Notes: a model not told the origin generated them from the sequence alone. A stretch of 64,000 nucleotides of DNA from an uncultured virus (IMG/VR IMGVR_UViG_3300010262_000280) (IMGVR_UViG_3300010262_000280); one strand, 5' to 3'; counted from the first letter of the stretch, positions 53,606 to 63,469 are shown. Program-made: numbers and translations.

Positions 53606-54704
53606 TTGGCGGAGTCTCCTCCGCCTCATTTTTTTCGATCAGATTATAAAAATAATTGTCAATGGCCATATCTACCGCTGACTGCTGGGACTGCATGGTG
53701 TGCTGATAGACGGTTTTCATGGTGTGGTTCGTTGCCCATCCGCCCCTGGCCTGGGCGTATTTGTCCGGTATGTTCAGCGTCAGCATCACGGAGGCCGCTG
53801 TGTGGCGCAGGTCGTGAAAACGGATGTCTGGCAGATCGTGCTTGCGCAGAATGGTTTTTAGGCGCTTATACATGCTCTCGCTGGAGAGTGGGACGACCCG
53901 GTCACCTTCGCTGGAGGTCTCTTTGGCGGCTGCAAGCTTCTCCATGATGTAATCCGGCACGCTGAGAGTTCGGGTAGAGCTGGTGGTCTTGGTTCCCTTT
54001 TCTACCCATTGGTTGTCCTTGTCACGAACCAGCGCACGCTTGATGGTGATGGTCTTGCGCCTGAAATCCACACAGCCCCAGGTCAGACCGGAGATCTCAG
54101 AGGCCCGCATACAGAGCCATAGGCCCATCAGCACCGGCAGCTCCATCACGTTTCCCTCTACCGCGCGCAGCAGCGCGGCCATTTGCTCGGGCTCCAGGAT
54201 GCGCTGCTCCTTGGCCTCCTTTTGGGGCAGACGGGTGCGCAGGGTCAGCGACGGGTGGTATTCCGCCAGAACCGCGGAGAGCAGGCCGTGGATATTGCGC
54301 AGGGACTTGGCCGAGCGGACGCGCTGCCTGCCCCGTATATCCGTGTACGGTTTGGCCTCCTGATTCATGGCCTCCTGCACCATGGGCTGGGTGATCCGGT
54401 TCAGAGCGAGGGGCATGAGGCCCTTCAGGTTGTTGCGCCGGATGTTCTCATAACCCCGGATAGTGGAAGGGGAGAGGATGCCGTCCTTGCTGGAGATGTA
54501 TTTCTTCATGGCCTCATCCAGCGTCATGCTGGTGGGGTCCCGGTTGACCTCTTTGTAGTGCAACTGGTATTGCAGGGCCTGATACTCCGCCTCCTTTTTC
54601 GTGTTGGCGGTGAAGGACAGGTAACGGCGCTTGCCGTCCGGCGTCTTGCCGGCGTAGAGCTGGACGCGCCAGCTCCCGGAGGGCAATTTTTTTGCTGTTG
54701 CCAT
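53598..54704 (-). CDS. Tyrosine integrase of prophage 2
   Basis: CMRASEI, RFHDLRHT, GGW, TVYQH catalytic residues. Confidence 0.93.
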   Translation of the reverse strand: MATAKKLPSGSWRVQLYAGKTPDGKRRYLSFTANTKKEAEYQALQYQLHYKEVNRDPTSMTLDEAMKKYISSKDGILSPSTIRGYENIRRNNLKGLMPLALNRITQPMVQEAMNQEAKPYTDIRGRQRVRSAKSLRNIHGLLSAVLAEYHPSLTLRTRLPQKEAKEQRILEPEQMAALLRAVEGNVMELPVLMGLWLCMRASEISGLTWGCVDFRRKTITIKRALVRDKDNQWVEKGTKTTSSTRTLSVPDYIMEKLAAAKETSSEGDRVVPLSSESMYKRLKTILRKHDLPDIRFHDLRHTAASVMLTLNIPDKYAQARGGWATNHTMKTVYQHTMQSQQSAVDMAIDNYFYNLIEKNEAEETPPTM

Positions 54705-54706
54705 GC

Positions 54707-54816
54707 TTGATTACCTCCCATGAGTATGATAATATGAGAGGGTGATAATGGCCGCCAAACCTTATCACCCCTATATGAGCCGCTCTCGGTGTTCCAGCGC
54801 CGGGGGCGGCATTTTT
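54707..54816 (+). ncRNA. Putative sRNA antisense to the integrase leader
   Basis: TTGATT(54707-12)-17-TAATAT with extended TG; hairpin 54779-54810 (loop GTTCCAGC) + ATTTTT. Confidence 0.45.
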
Positions 54817-54822
54817 ATTGCC

Positions 54823-55437
54823 TCAAAATCCTACTACTTTTCTAATGTTTAGAGACGACTGCGGAATCGCAGAAAACTGATAGGCCAGATTCGATGTGAT
54901 TTCGGACTTGTACTTGGTGAATATGTCGTGCCGAGCCTCCGCGCAGGGCAGAGAAATTCCGCAAAGCCTGGACAGGTGCTCTGGCTTCAAGACCTTGTCA
55001 TAGGAATAAAAGAATTTAGGCGGGCACACGAGGAATCCGGCCCCCAGGCGGGCCTCTTCATCATATTGGGCATATTTCTCGTTTGAATAGTCCTGACGGA
55101 AAAGACTAAAGGCTGGGTCGTTCACATGACCGTACACAATATGGGCAATTTCCTCGCTTATGGTAAACCGGATGCGTCCGCTTGGCTGGTTATCGTTATA
55201 GGCGATGCGATATCGGTTTTGATAGCAGTTTACAGCTCCGTCTGTGTTGCCCCAAATTGAAAATACGGCGTTCTCTGGCAAGCCCGTCCCGCGGACAATT
55301 TCAGATAAAGGTACGAGCTCGATACCTGCACTGGCGCATACTTCACCAAGCTGCACGGGAACCGTAATTACCTTGTGGCACTTCATGAAATGAAACATTT
55401 TGCTATACAAAACCTGGCGTCGTTCAGGTGTTGTCAT
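54823..55437 (-). CDS. ImmA/IrrE-family protein (HExxH replaced by EExxH)
   Basis: IAYND...RIRFTISEEIAHIVYGH...DEEAR; between repressor and integrase. Confidence 0.75.
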   Translation of the reverse strand: MTTPERRQVLYSKMFHFMKCHKVITVPVQLGEVCASAGIELVPLSEIVRGTGLPENAVFSIWGNTDGAVNCYQNRYRIAYNDNQPSGRIRFTISEEIAHIVYGHVNDPAFSLFRQDYSNEKYAQYDEEARLGAGFLVCPPKFFYSYDKVLKPEHLSRLCGISLPCAEARHDIFTKYKSEITSNLAYQFSAIPQSSLNIRKVVGF

Positions 55438-55954
55438 CCTTAAAAGCCTCCGGGAACATAAATTCAGCGTATTTCCGTAGGTTCTTCGCCTGATCCGGGG
55501 TCATTTTGCACCCGGCGCGGGCGATCATTCGAATATCAGGATTCTCAATCTTGGGCTCACCCTCTTGGGTAGTCTTTGGGGGAATCAGAGGGTGGTCAGC
55601 CTGAGCCGCATGTAGGGCATCATCTTGCATGAGCAGCCAATCATGCCATACGGCAGATGGGTCATTATGATTCTTTTCCATCAGCGCTTCAAATTGCGCA
55701 ATAGGAATCTCACATAGGCGCCCGTCTTCATCTTTATCGTAATCATACCAGTCGTTGATCCATCCGATAAGATAGGCTGGGGTAGTGTGTAATACTTCGG
55801 CTATTGGGCTCAATTTATCAATACCCATCTTCTCGATAGCTCCGTTTTCATAACGGTATACAGTGGATGGGGATATATTGAGTTCCCCCGCAACTTGTTC
55901 CGCACTAAGCCCCAAGTCTTTGCGGCGGTTTTTTATGCGCTCCCCTACGGTCAT
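55424..55954 (-). CDS. CI/ImmR-like HTH repressor
   Basis: IKNRRKDLGLSAEQVA...TVYRYENG...PAYLIGW. Confidence 0.88.
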   Translation of the reverse strand: MTVGERIKNRRKDLGLSAEQVAGELNISPSTVYRYENGAIEKMGIDKLSPIAEVLHTTPAYLIGWINDWYDYDKDEDGRLCEIPIAQFEALMEKNHNDPSAVWHDWLLMQDDALHAAQADHPLIPPKTTQEGEPKIENPDIRMIARAGCKMTPDQAKNLRKYAEFMFPEAFKDDNT

Positions 55955-55998
55955 TGTAGACCCTCCTTCAGCTAAGGTGCCCTTATTTTATACCTATA

Positions 55999-56387
55999 CT
56001 TGCAAAAATGCAATAGCACGAGTGTGAATTGCTCGCTTTTATGCAAGAAAACCAAAATGCGCGATGTCACTTTGGTGTTTTTTACGACTTGATAACTTGC
56101 ATAAAAGCGAGTAATATATGCCTATAACTCGCGGATATGCAAGAATGGAGGTGAATCTTATGCCTATCGACACCGAACTCCTGAAACAGCGCATGCAGGA
56201 GCGTGGCAAGACCGGTGCACAGATCGCAAAGGCCCTTGGTATCAATGAGAGTACTTATTATCGTAAGATGGCCAATAAGGGCCAGACTTTTACAGTCTTG
56301 CAAGTCCAGACATTGACCAAGCTGTTGGGTCTGTCTGTGGTGGACGCGCGTCAAATTTTTTTCCCTTAAAACTCGCGTATCCGCAAG
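55999..56387. promoter_or_regulatory. Five 16-bp operators CTYGC-N6-GCRA(G/T) of prophage 2 switch
   Basis: 55999-56014, 56032-47, 56096-111 (exact reverse complement of the previous), 56128-43, 56372-87. Confidence 0.75.
56160..56369 (+). CDS. Cro-like HTH protein
   Basis: IAKALGINESTYYRKM; GGAGG RBS. Confidence 0.8.
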   Translation: MPIDTELLKQRMQERGKTGAQIAKALGINESTYYRKMANKGQTFTVLQVQTLTKLLGLSVVDARQIFFP

Positions 56388-56426
56388 AAAACGAGATAAA
56401 AGGGATTATTTAGAAAGGAGTGCAAA

Positions 56427-57278
56427 ATGGAAAACGAACTCGAAATCAAGCGTGTGCCCTTCATGGGGGCGGAACTCATGGCGGCCCGTGATACCGACGG
56501 CCAGATTTGGGCTGGTGTGCGGTGGATGTGTGATGGAATTGGACTGTCAAAAGGTCAGATGCAAAATGAGAGAACCAGAATCCATAACGACAAGGTGCTT
56601 TCCCAGGGGGAACGAAATTTAGTTCTCCCTACTCGTGGTGGTAATCAGGAGACCCTTTGTCTCAAACTGGACTTCGTTCCGCTCTGGCTGGCGAAGATCT
56701 CCATCACCCCGAGTATGGAGGCTGAGACACCAGAGCTGGCCGACCGGCTGGAGCAGTACCAGCTCCGTGCAAAGGATACGCTGGCGGAAGCGTTTCTCCC
56801 GGCAGCAGCCAATCCCAATTTTACATCGCTTTCACCGGAATTGCAGATGTTCAAAGCCATCTTTGATAGCGTAGCTAAGACCGAGCTGAAGCAGAAGGAG
56901 CAGGACAAGGCGATCGAGGCGGTGAACCAGAAGGTCGATGGTATCCGCGATGTAGTGGTGCTCAATCCCAACTCCTGGCGAGAGGAGTGCCGGCGGCTAC
57001 TGGCGAAGGTAGCACAGGCCAGGGGCGGCGGCGGAGCCTATCAGGAGGTCAACGCTGAGGTGTTCCAGCTCGTGGATGAACGGGCGCGCGTCTCACTGGA
57101 AACAAGGCTGACCAACAAGCGCCGCCGGATGGCGGATGAGGGTGTATGCAAGTCCAAGCGGGACAAGCTCAACAAGGTGGACGTGATCGCCGATGACGCG
57201 AAGCTGATTGAGATTTACATCGCTATCGTCAAGGAAATGGCCGTGAAGTACGGGGTGACCATTGGTAAGGAGGTCTGA
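56427..57278 (+). CDS. Phage antirepressor (P22 Ant N-terminal-like)
   Basis: VPFMGAEL...CDGIGL...LPTRGGNQE..CL...PLWLAKI. Confidence 0.8.
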   Translation: MENELEIKRVPFMGAELMAARDTDGQIWAGVRWMCDGIGLSKGQMQNERTRIHNDKVLSQGERNLVLPTRGGNQETLCLKLDFVPLWLAKISITPSMEAETPELADRLEQYQLRAKDTLAEAFLPAAANPNFTSLSPELQMFKAIFDSVAKTELKQKEQDKAIEAVNQKVDGIRDVVVLNPNSWREECRRLLAKVAQARGGGGAYQEVNAEVFQLVDERARVSLETRLTNKRRRMADEGVCKSKRDKLNKVDVIADDAKLIEIYIAIVKEMAVKYGVTIGKEV

Positions 57279-57281
57279 CCC

Positions 57282-57566
57282 ATGCCGAAACTTCGAGACA
57301 CCCCAAAAACCCGCATGGACAGGGCCTTCATGGCCGCCCTGCGGTATGGGCAGGCCATGCGCGGGGAGACCGACAAGGACACCATGCGGCTGATGCCCAA
57401 ATCTACTGCCACTTATTACAAGCGCTTGCACAATCTGGACGGCTTTACCCGGGAGGAGCTGCGCATCCTCATCCCCCGGTACTTCAACGACCGCCAGCTC
57501 TGCGATGCCTTTGGCGTCGAGTACCACGGGGGCACGCCGGAGCTGAAAGGAGGGGGCGCAGGATGA
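57282..57566 (+). CDS. Hypothetical HTH-like protein
   Basis: AAGGAGG RBS; STATYYKRL...FTREEL. Confidence 0.65.
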   Translation: MPKLRDTPKTRMDRAFMAALRYGQAMRGETDKDTMRLMPKSTATYYKRLHNLDGFTREELRILIPRYFNDRQLCDAFGVEYHGGTPELKGGGAG

Positions 57567-57682
57567 GCAAGACCCGCAATGAGCGCCGCCTGCGGCGTAG
57601 CCGGGCTATCGGCTCGGCGGTGTTCACCGTCTGCATCCTGCTGGCCCTGTTCGCAGACAGCTGGGTGGCGATTATCCTATGA
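57563..57682 (+). CDS. Small basic membrane peptide (39 aa), not in ORF track
   Basis: MSKTRNERRLRRSRAIGSAVFTVCILLALFADSWVAIIL; ATGA coupling. Confidence 0.55.
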   Translation: MSKTRNERRLRRSRAIGSAVFTVCILLALFADSWVAIIL

Positions 57683-57718
57683 CCCCCACCAAATTGCCAA
57701 GCGCTTGTGAATTTGCGC

Positions 57719-57812
57719 AAAAAAGAGAGGCCGTCGGTGCTGCGAACACCAAGCGGCCCAAAGAAAAAAGTTGATCCGCCCTTATTGTAGAGGGCTCAAA
57801 GGAGATTGTCAA
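57719..57812 (-). ncRNA. Putative antisense sRNA unit in early operon of prophage 2
   Basis: TTGACA(57812-07)-17-TACAAT(57789-84); hairpin 57758-57729 (loop GTTCGCAGC) then TCTCTTTTTT. Confidence 0.5.
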
Positions 57813-57814
57813 GT

Positions 57815-58114
57815 ATGAAATGTCCTATCGACGTAGAAAAAAAGGTCGCTGAAATGCGACAAGAACTGCATCCAGACGATTTGGTGGAGGATGCTTATCG
57901 TGCGATCTTGAGCGCGATGAATGGAGCATATCGTGATGGGCTGCAGGGAAAGGGATACCCCGAAGACTTGGCGGAGGCAATCGCTGACGCCGAGTCCAGC
58001 CTCGGTGAGTATTCCGACTTAGTGCAGGGGCGTATCGAGAAGATCGTGCTTTTGAGACATCAGGCTTATGAGCAAGGACGTCGAGACTCGGTGAGACTGG
58101 GGGTGATGGTATGA
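57815..58114 (+). CDS. Hypothetical protein
   Basis: AAAGGAG RBS. Confidence 0.65.
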   Translation: MKCPIDVEKKVAEMRQELHPDDLVEDAYRAILSAMNGAYRDGLQGKGYPEDLAEAIADAESSLGEYSDLVQGRIEKIVLLRHQAYEQGRRDSVRLGVMV

Positions 58115-58650
58115 CTACATATTGTGTTCCTGATTCCATTACGCCGCGGCCCATAAAGCCCAAATTGATCATGGTGGAGACCGTCGAGGCGATTATGGAC
58201 GACGCTGGGCCGTGTGCCATTCTCCCGGTCGTTGGTGACTGTTTGGAGGGCGTGGACGTAGTAGGTGGCGGATGGGTGGCGGTAGATTTCACCCGGCGGC
58301 CTGCGCCCCCCAGGTATAGGAGCAAGGGCGGCGACGGAAGCTCCGATCTCTGCCTCTGCTATGCCACGTTCCCCGGAGCGCCTGGCCCTATGGTCATGTA
58401 TAAGGAGTATCAGGGCGTATGGGGTCCCTGGCAGATGGTGGGCACTCGATATAAGTCAATGTGGGAAGGCGGCAAGCTGCGCCTGAACTGCGGCATGGTG
58501 GCAAAGCGTATCTTCGGCGTAATTGTGGCCTCCTACGACCAGGATGGGCGGCTCCTGTGGCAGAGGAACCCCGAGGAGTTTCCCGAGGAGCTGGGCACAG
58601 CGCCAACCATTCACGGTGATGTAGGGCCGTACCAGGGGGTGAGAGCATGA
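58111..58650 (+). CDS. Hypothetical protein, possible S24/S26 peptidase-like fold
   Basis: VVGDCLE...WVAVDF...YKEY...IFGVIV spacing resembles VxGDSM...VD...K...GxV. Confidence 0.5.
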   Translation: MTTYCVPDSITPRPIKPKLIMVETVEAIMDDAGPCAILPVVGDCLEGVDVVGGGWVAVDFTRRPAPPRYRSKGGDGSSDLCLCYATFPGAPGPMVMYKEYQGVWGPWQMVGTRYKSMWEGGKLRLNCGMVAKRIFGVIVASYDQDGRLLWQRNPEEFPEELGTAPTIHGDVGPYQGVRA

Positions 58651-58922
58651 ACCACCCTTTGAACAAGGAGCAGGTCAAGGGCCTGTTTGAGCAGGAGGCC
58701 GTACTGATGGGGACGGAAAACTGCGTACCAGCTTTCCGGGCCGCGGCGCTGTTTGGTAGAGACGCCGTAGAGCACGCCCGCAGGATGGGTACCAGCAGGC
58801 CCGGATTCTTCTTCAATGGGTACGGTGTTGGAGACTACACGATGGGGGCCCTGACACTGCGAGGCTTCCAAGCCGCTGCCAGTTTCTACAATGTTCAACT
58901 GCTGAGAAAGGAAGCATCATGA
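58647..58922 (+). CDS. Hypothetical protein
   Basis: ATGA coupling. Confidence 0.6.
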   Translation: MNHPLNKEQVKGLFEQEAVLMGTENCVPAFRAAALFGRDAVEHARRMGTSRPGFFFNGYGVGDYTMGALTLRGFQAAASFYNVQLLRKEAS

Positions 58923-60202
58923 ATCCTGTAACAGAACCAGTCAAAATCACCAGCTTGGAGCTGGAGAATGTGAAGCGCATCCGGGCATGCGCTATCACCC
59001 CCACACAGAACGGGCTTACGGTGATCGGCGGCCGGAACAACCAGGGGAAGACCTCTGTCCTGGACGCGATCGCCTGGGCGCTGGGCGGGGACCGCCACCG
59101 CCCATCCCGGGCGGTACGGGAAGGCTCAGCCATTCCGCCCCGTCTTTGCGTCAAGCTATCCAACGGTCTTGTCGTGGAGCGCACAGGGAAGAACAGCGAC
59201 CTAAAGGTCACGGACACGGAAGGGCGGCGTGCCGGCCAGCAGCTGCTCAATGAATTTGTGGAACAGCTCGCGCTCGATCTGCCTAAATTCATGCAGGCAA
59301 GTGCGAAGGAAAAGGCCGGAATCTTGCTGGAAGTTATCGGTGTAGAGGATCAGCTCACAGAGTTGGACCGGAAAGAGAACTCCCTTTACAACGACCGTCT
59401 GGCGATTGGCCGGATTGCCGACCAAAAAGCCAAGCACGCCAAAGAGATCACCGGATACCCGGAGGCCCCAATGGAGCCGGTTTCCGCCTATGACCTGATT
59501 CAACGGCAGCAGGACATCCTTGCCAGGAACGGCGAGAACCAGCGGAAGCGGCAGCGGGCCGCGCAGATGGAGGCTCAGAGAGACAGCCTGCGCCGGCAGC
59601 TGGATGACCTGCAGGCGAAGTATGAAGCCGTTTGTGGCGACTGTGAAATTGCGCGCCGTGATGCTCTGGATCTTCTGGATGAATCTACGGAGGAGCTGGA
59701 GGCCGATATCCGCAATGTGGAGGCAATCAACATCAAGGTCCGCGCCAACCAGGAAAAGGCCCGCGCTGAAGAGGAAGCCAGAGACTACCAAAACCAGTAT
59801 GATACCCTGACTTCCGAAATTGAGGACATCCGCCAGAAGAAGCGCGACCTTCTTCTGGGGGCAAACCTCCCCCTTCCCGGGCTGAGCGTGGAGGACGGGG
59901 AGCTTGTCTACATGGGCAAGCCCTGGGACTGCATGAGCGGCAGCGACCAGCTGAAGGTATCCGCCGCCATCGTGCGGGCCATCAAGCCACAGTGCGGCTT
60001 CGTCCTCCTGGACAAGCTGGAACAGATGGACCCTGATACCCTTCGGGAGTTCGGGGCCTGGATGGAGGCAGAGGGCCTGCAGGGGATTGCCACGAGAGTC
60101 TCCACGGATGGGACGTGCAGCATCCTCATCGAGGATGGATATGCGAAGGAGGGGGATGGGCCAGCCCCAGCCCCCGCGGCATGGAAAGCGGGTGAGTTCT
60201 AA
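58919..60202 (+). CDS. SMC/RecF-like AAA ATPase
   Basis: LELENVKRI, GRNNQGKTS, coiled coil, MSGSDQL, VLLDKLE. Confidence 0.85.
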   Translation: MNPVTEPVKITSLELENVKRIRACAITPTQNGLTVIGGRNNQGKTSVLDAIAWALGGDRHRPSRAVREGSAIPPRLCVKLSNGLVVERTGKNSDLKVTDTEGRRAGQQLLNEFVEQLALDLPKFMQASAKEKAGILLEVIGVEDQLTELDRKENSLYNDRLAIGRIADQKAKHAKEITGYPEAPMEPVSAYDLIQRQQDILARNGENQRKRQRAAQMEAQRDSLRRQLDDLQAKYEAVCGDCEIARRDALDLLDESTEELEADIRNVEAINIKVRANQEKARAEEEARDYQNQYDTLTSEIEDIRQKKRDLLLGANLPLPGLSVEDGELVYMGKPWDCMSGSDQLKVSAAIVRAIKPQCGFVLLDKLEQMDPDTLREFGAWMEAEGLQGIATRVSTDGTCSILIEDGYAKEGDGPAPAPAAWKAGEF

Positions 60203-61279
60203 ATGAGGCAGTTAAAGATTATACCGGGTAAGCTGGGCGGAGCCATGAAGGTTGTGATTTACGGCCCGGAAGGGATCGGGAAATCTACCCTTGCCGCCAA
60301 GTTCCCCCGGCCCCTGTTCATCGACACGGAGGGAAGCACCCGGCACATGGACGTGCAGAGGACAGAGCGCCCCACCAGCTGGGCCATGCTCCTGGAGCTG
60401 GTCCGCTGCATCAAAGCAGACCCTGGCTTGTGCTCCACACTGGTAATTGATACGGCGGACTGGGCGGAGCAGCTGTGCATCACCAGTATCTGTGACAGCA
60501 AGCGCATCTCCGGGATTGAAGACATGGGATACGGCAAGGGCTACGTCTATGTGGCCGAGGAGTTCGGGCGGCTCCTGAACCTCCTGGAGGAGGCCGTGGA
60601 CAACGGCATCCACGTGGTGCTGACGGCCCACGCTATGATGCGGAAATTTGAACAGCCGGACGAGATGGGTGCGTATGACCGGTGGGAGCTGAAGCTGCAA
60701 AAGAAGACGGCCGCCCTGGTCAAGGAGTGGGCCGACCTGCTCCTGTTCGCCAACTATAAGACGCTGTCCGTAGCGGTCGACGACAAGGGGAAGAAGTTCA
60801 AGCCCCAGGGCGGCCGGCGCGTCATGTTCACAACCCATCATCCCTGCTGGGACGCAAAGAACCGGCTGGGCCTTCCAGAGGAGCTGCCTTTGGAGTTTGC
60901 TCCATTGGCTCCATATTTTGACGCGGCCGCTGTCTCCGCCCCCACCACTGCCCCGGCTCCCGCACCCGCTCCGCCTGCGGAAGCTGCGCCCAACCCCGCG
61001 GACACCTCTCCCACGGCACCGGAACAGCCAGCGCCCCAAACGGACAACGCACAGGAGCTCAAGGCGAAAACGTCAACCCTGAAAGCCTTACAGGATTTGA
61101 TGGAACAGGGAGGTGTATTGGACTATGAGGTCAAGGCCGCGGTCGCCGCGAAGGGGTATTTCCCCGAGGATATGCCCATAGAGGATTATCCCGATGGTTT
61201 TATCAAAGGGGTGCTGATCGGGGCCTGGGGGCAGGTCTACGAATGGATCGAAAAGAACCGGGCGCCCCTGCCGTTTTAA
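60203..61279 (+). CDS. AAA_24 NTP-binding protein (Sak4-like)
   Basis: YGPEGIGKST, LVIDTADW, WDAKNR. Confidence 0.85.
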   Translation: MRQLKIIPGKLGGAMKVVIYGPEGIGKSTLAAKFPRPLFIDTEGSTRHMDVQRTERPTSWAMLLELVRCIKADPGLCSTLVIDTADWAEQLCITSICDSKRISGIEDMGYGKGYVYVAEEFGRLLNLLEEAVDNGIHVVLTAHAMMRKFEQPDEMGAYDRWELKLQKKTAALVKEWADLLLFANYKTLSVAVDDKGKKFKPQGGRRVMFTTHHPCWDAKNRLGLPEELPLEFAPLAPYFDAAAVSAPTTAPAPAPAPPAEAAPNPADTSPTAPEQPAPQTDNAQELKAKTSTLKALQDLMEQGGVLDYEVKAAVAAKGYFPEDMPIEDYPDGFIKGVLIGAWGQVYEWIEKNRAPLPF

Positions 61280-61351
61280 CTTCACATTGCAGGGGGAGTG
61301 CCGGAGCCGGCATTTCCCCTTACTTATCAAATCTAAAAGGAGCTTGAGAAA

Positions 61352-61873
61352 ATGAGCGAATATGACTCTTCTTTCCGTGAATTTGGCTGGGATGACGAAA
61401 TCCAAAATGACAGCACCCCATTTGAGGTCTTGCCGGAGGGTGACTACCGCTTCCGTGTGGAGAAATTTGAGCGGGGCCGGCATAGCGGCAGTGAAAAGAT
61501 CCCGCCCTGCAACAAGGCGATCCTGACGCTCTCAGTGAATGACGGCGCTCACAGCGGAACCGTCCAAACGAACCTGTTCCTGTTCAGCCGCTTCGAGTGG
61601 AAGCTGTGCCAGTTCTTCACCGCGATTGGCCAGCGCCGCCACGGTGAGGCGATCCGGATGAACTGGAGCCTTGTGCCGGGTGCCATCGGCACCTGCCATG
61701 TGGGGACACGCAAATGGATGGGCAACGACGGCAAGGAACATGAAGGGAATGAGATCACAGAATTTTATGACCCGGAGGAGGCCCCGGACATCTCGGAAAA
61801 GCAGGTGGACAGCCAGCCGGCGCCTGGGCAGGGCGCGGGGGCGGCCGCCTCCTGGGATGCCGGTAGGTTCTGA
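61352..61873 (+). CDS. DUF669-like phage ssDNA-binding protein
   Basis: LPEGDY, WKLCQFF; position between Sak4 and helicase. Confidence 0.7.
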   Translation: MSEYDSSFREFGWDDEIQNDSTPFEVLPEGDYRFRVEKFERGRHSGSEKIPPCNKAILTLSVNDGAHSGTVQTNLFLFSRFEWKLCQFFTAIGQRRHGEAIRMNWSLVPGAIGTCHVGTRKWMGNDGKEHEGNEITEFYDPEEAPDISEKQVDSQPAPGQGAGAAASWDAGRF

Positions 61874-63468
61874 TGGAACTCCGGCCATACCAACAGGAGG
61901 CCAGGGCGGCAGTCGAGCAGGACTGGTCGGATGGCTTTCATAAAACGCTCCTGGTTCTGCCCACCGGGTGCGGGAAGACAATCGTGTTCTGTAAGATTGT
62001 GGAGGACATGGTGCGCCAGGGCGGGCGGTGCCTGATCCTGGCCCACCGGGGCGAACTGCTGGAACAGGCGGCAGACAAGCTGCTGACCGCCACAGGGCTG
62101 CGCTGCGCGGTAGAAAAGGCGGAGGAGTCCTGCCTGGACAGCTGGTACCGGGTGACCGTCGGATCCGTGCAGACTCTCATGCGGGAGAAGCGCCTCCAGC
62201 AGTTCCCCACCGATTTTTTCAACGTGATAGTGGTGGATGAAGCCCACCATGTCCTGGCTGACAGCTACCAGAGGGTTCTGGAACATTTCCCCGCGGCAAA
62301 GGTCCTGGGGGTAACCGCAACCCCTGACCGTGGGGATATGCGTAATCTGGGCCAGTATTTTGAGCATCTGGCTTATGAATACTCCCTGCCGCGCGCCATC
62401 AAAGAGGGCTATTTGAGCCCCATCAAGGCGGTAACTATCCCGCTGAAGCTGGATCTGACCGGCGTGGGAATTCAGGCAGGGGACTTCAAAAACAGCGACC
62501 TTGACACCGCGCTCGACCCCTATCTCCACCAGATCGCCAGGGAAATGCGTACCTATTGCGCCCAGCGCAAGACCGTGGTGTTCCTCCCCCTGGTGCGGAC
62601 TTCTAAAAAGTTCCGGGACATCCTGGAGCAGGAGGGGTTCCGGGCCGCCGAGGTCAACGGCAGCAGTGAAGACCGTGCGGAAGTCCTTCGGGACTTCAAC
62701 GACGGGAAGTACAACGTGCTCTGCAACTCCATGCTGCTGACAGAGGGATGGGACTGCCCTTCGGTTGACTGTGTGGTTGTCCTGCGGCCTACCAAAATAC
62801 GCTCCCTGTACTGCCAGATGGTGGGGCGGGGGACCAGGATAGCCCCGGGGAAGGACCACCTGCTCCTGCTGGATTTCCTGTGGCACACGGAGCGCCATGA
62901 GCTGTGCCACCCGGCGAGCCTGATCTGCGAGAGCCCGGAGGTCGCACAGCGGATGACGGAGGCCCTGGAGGACGCCGCCGGCTGCCCCGTAGACATTGAG
63001 GAGGCCGAGGAGAGGGCCGAGTCCGACGTGGTAGCCCAGCAGGAAGAGGCCCTTGCGAAGCAGCTGGCGGAGATGAGGAGCCGCAAGCGGAAGCTGGTGG
63101 ATCCCCTGCAATTTGAGATGAGTATCCAGGCCGAAGACCTCGCCGGATATGTCCCGTCGTTTGGATGGGAGATGTCCCCGCCGTCTGATAAGCAGGTGCA
63201 GAGCCTGGAAAAGTGGGGGATCCGTCCGGACGAAATCGAGTGCGCCGGGAAAGCGTCCCTGCTCCTGGACCGCCTGGCGAAACGGCGCTCGGAGGGGCTT
63301 ACCACCCCGAAACAGATCCGGTTCCTGGAGGGCAAGGGGTTTCAGCATGTGGGACAATGGCAGTTTGAGGAGGCCAGGAACATGATTGACCGCATCGCGT
63401 CCCAGGGGTGGAAGATCCCAGCCGGCGTAACCCCGTCGGCCTATGTCCCGGTGAGCATGGGAGGATAG
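61873..63468 (+). CDS. SF2 DEAD/DEAH helicase
   Basis: LPTGCGKT, DEAHH, TATP, QMVGRG. Confidence 0.92.
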   Translation: MELRPYQQEARAAVEQDWSDGFHKTLLVLPTGCGKTIVFCKIVEDMVRQGGRCLILAHRGELLEQAADKLLTATGLRCAVEKAEESCLDSWYRVTVGSVQTLMREKRLQQFPTDFFNVIVVDEAHHVLADSYQRVLEHFPAAKVLGVTATPDRGDMRNLGQYFEHLAYEYSLPRAIKEGYLSPIKAVTIPLKLDLTGVGIQAGDFKNSDLDTALDPYLHQIAREMRTYCAQRKTVVFLPLVRTSKKFRDILEQEGFRAAEVNGSSEDRAEVLRDFNDGKYNVLCNSMLLTEGWDCPSVDCVVVLRPTKIRSLYCQMVGRGTRIAPGKDHLLLLDFLWHTERHELCHPASLICESPEVAQRMTEALEDAAGCPVDIEEAEERAESDVVAQQEEALAKQLAEMRSRKRKLVDPLQFEMSIQAEDLAGYVPSFGWEMSPPSDKQVQSLEKWGIRPDEIECAGKASLLLDRLAKRRSEGLTTPKQIRFLEGKGFQHVGQWQFEEARNMIDRIASQGWKIPAGVTPSAYVPVSMGG

Positions 63469-63469
63469 T

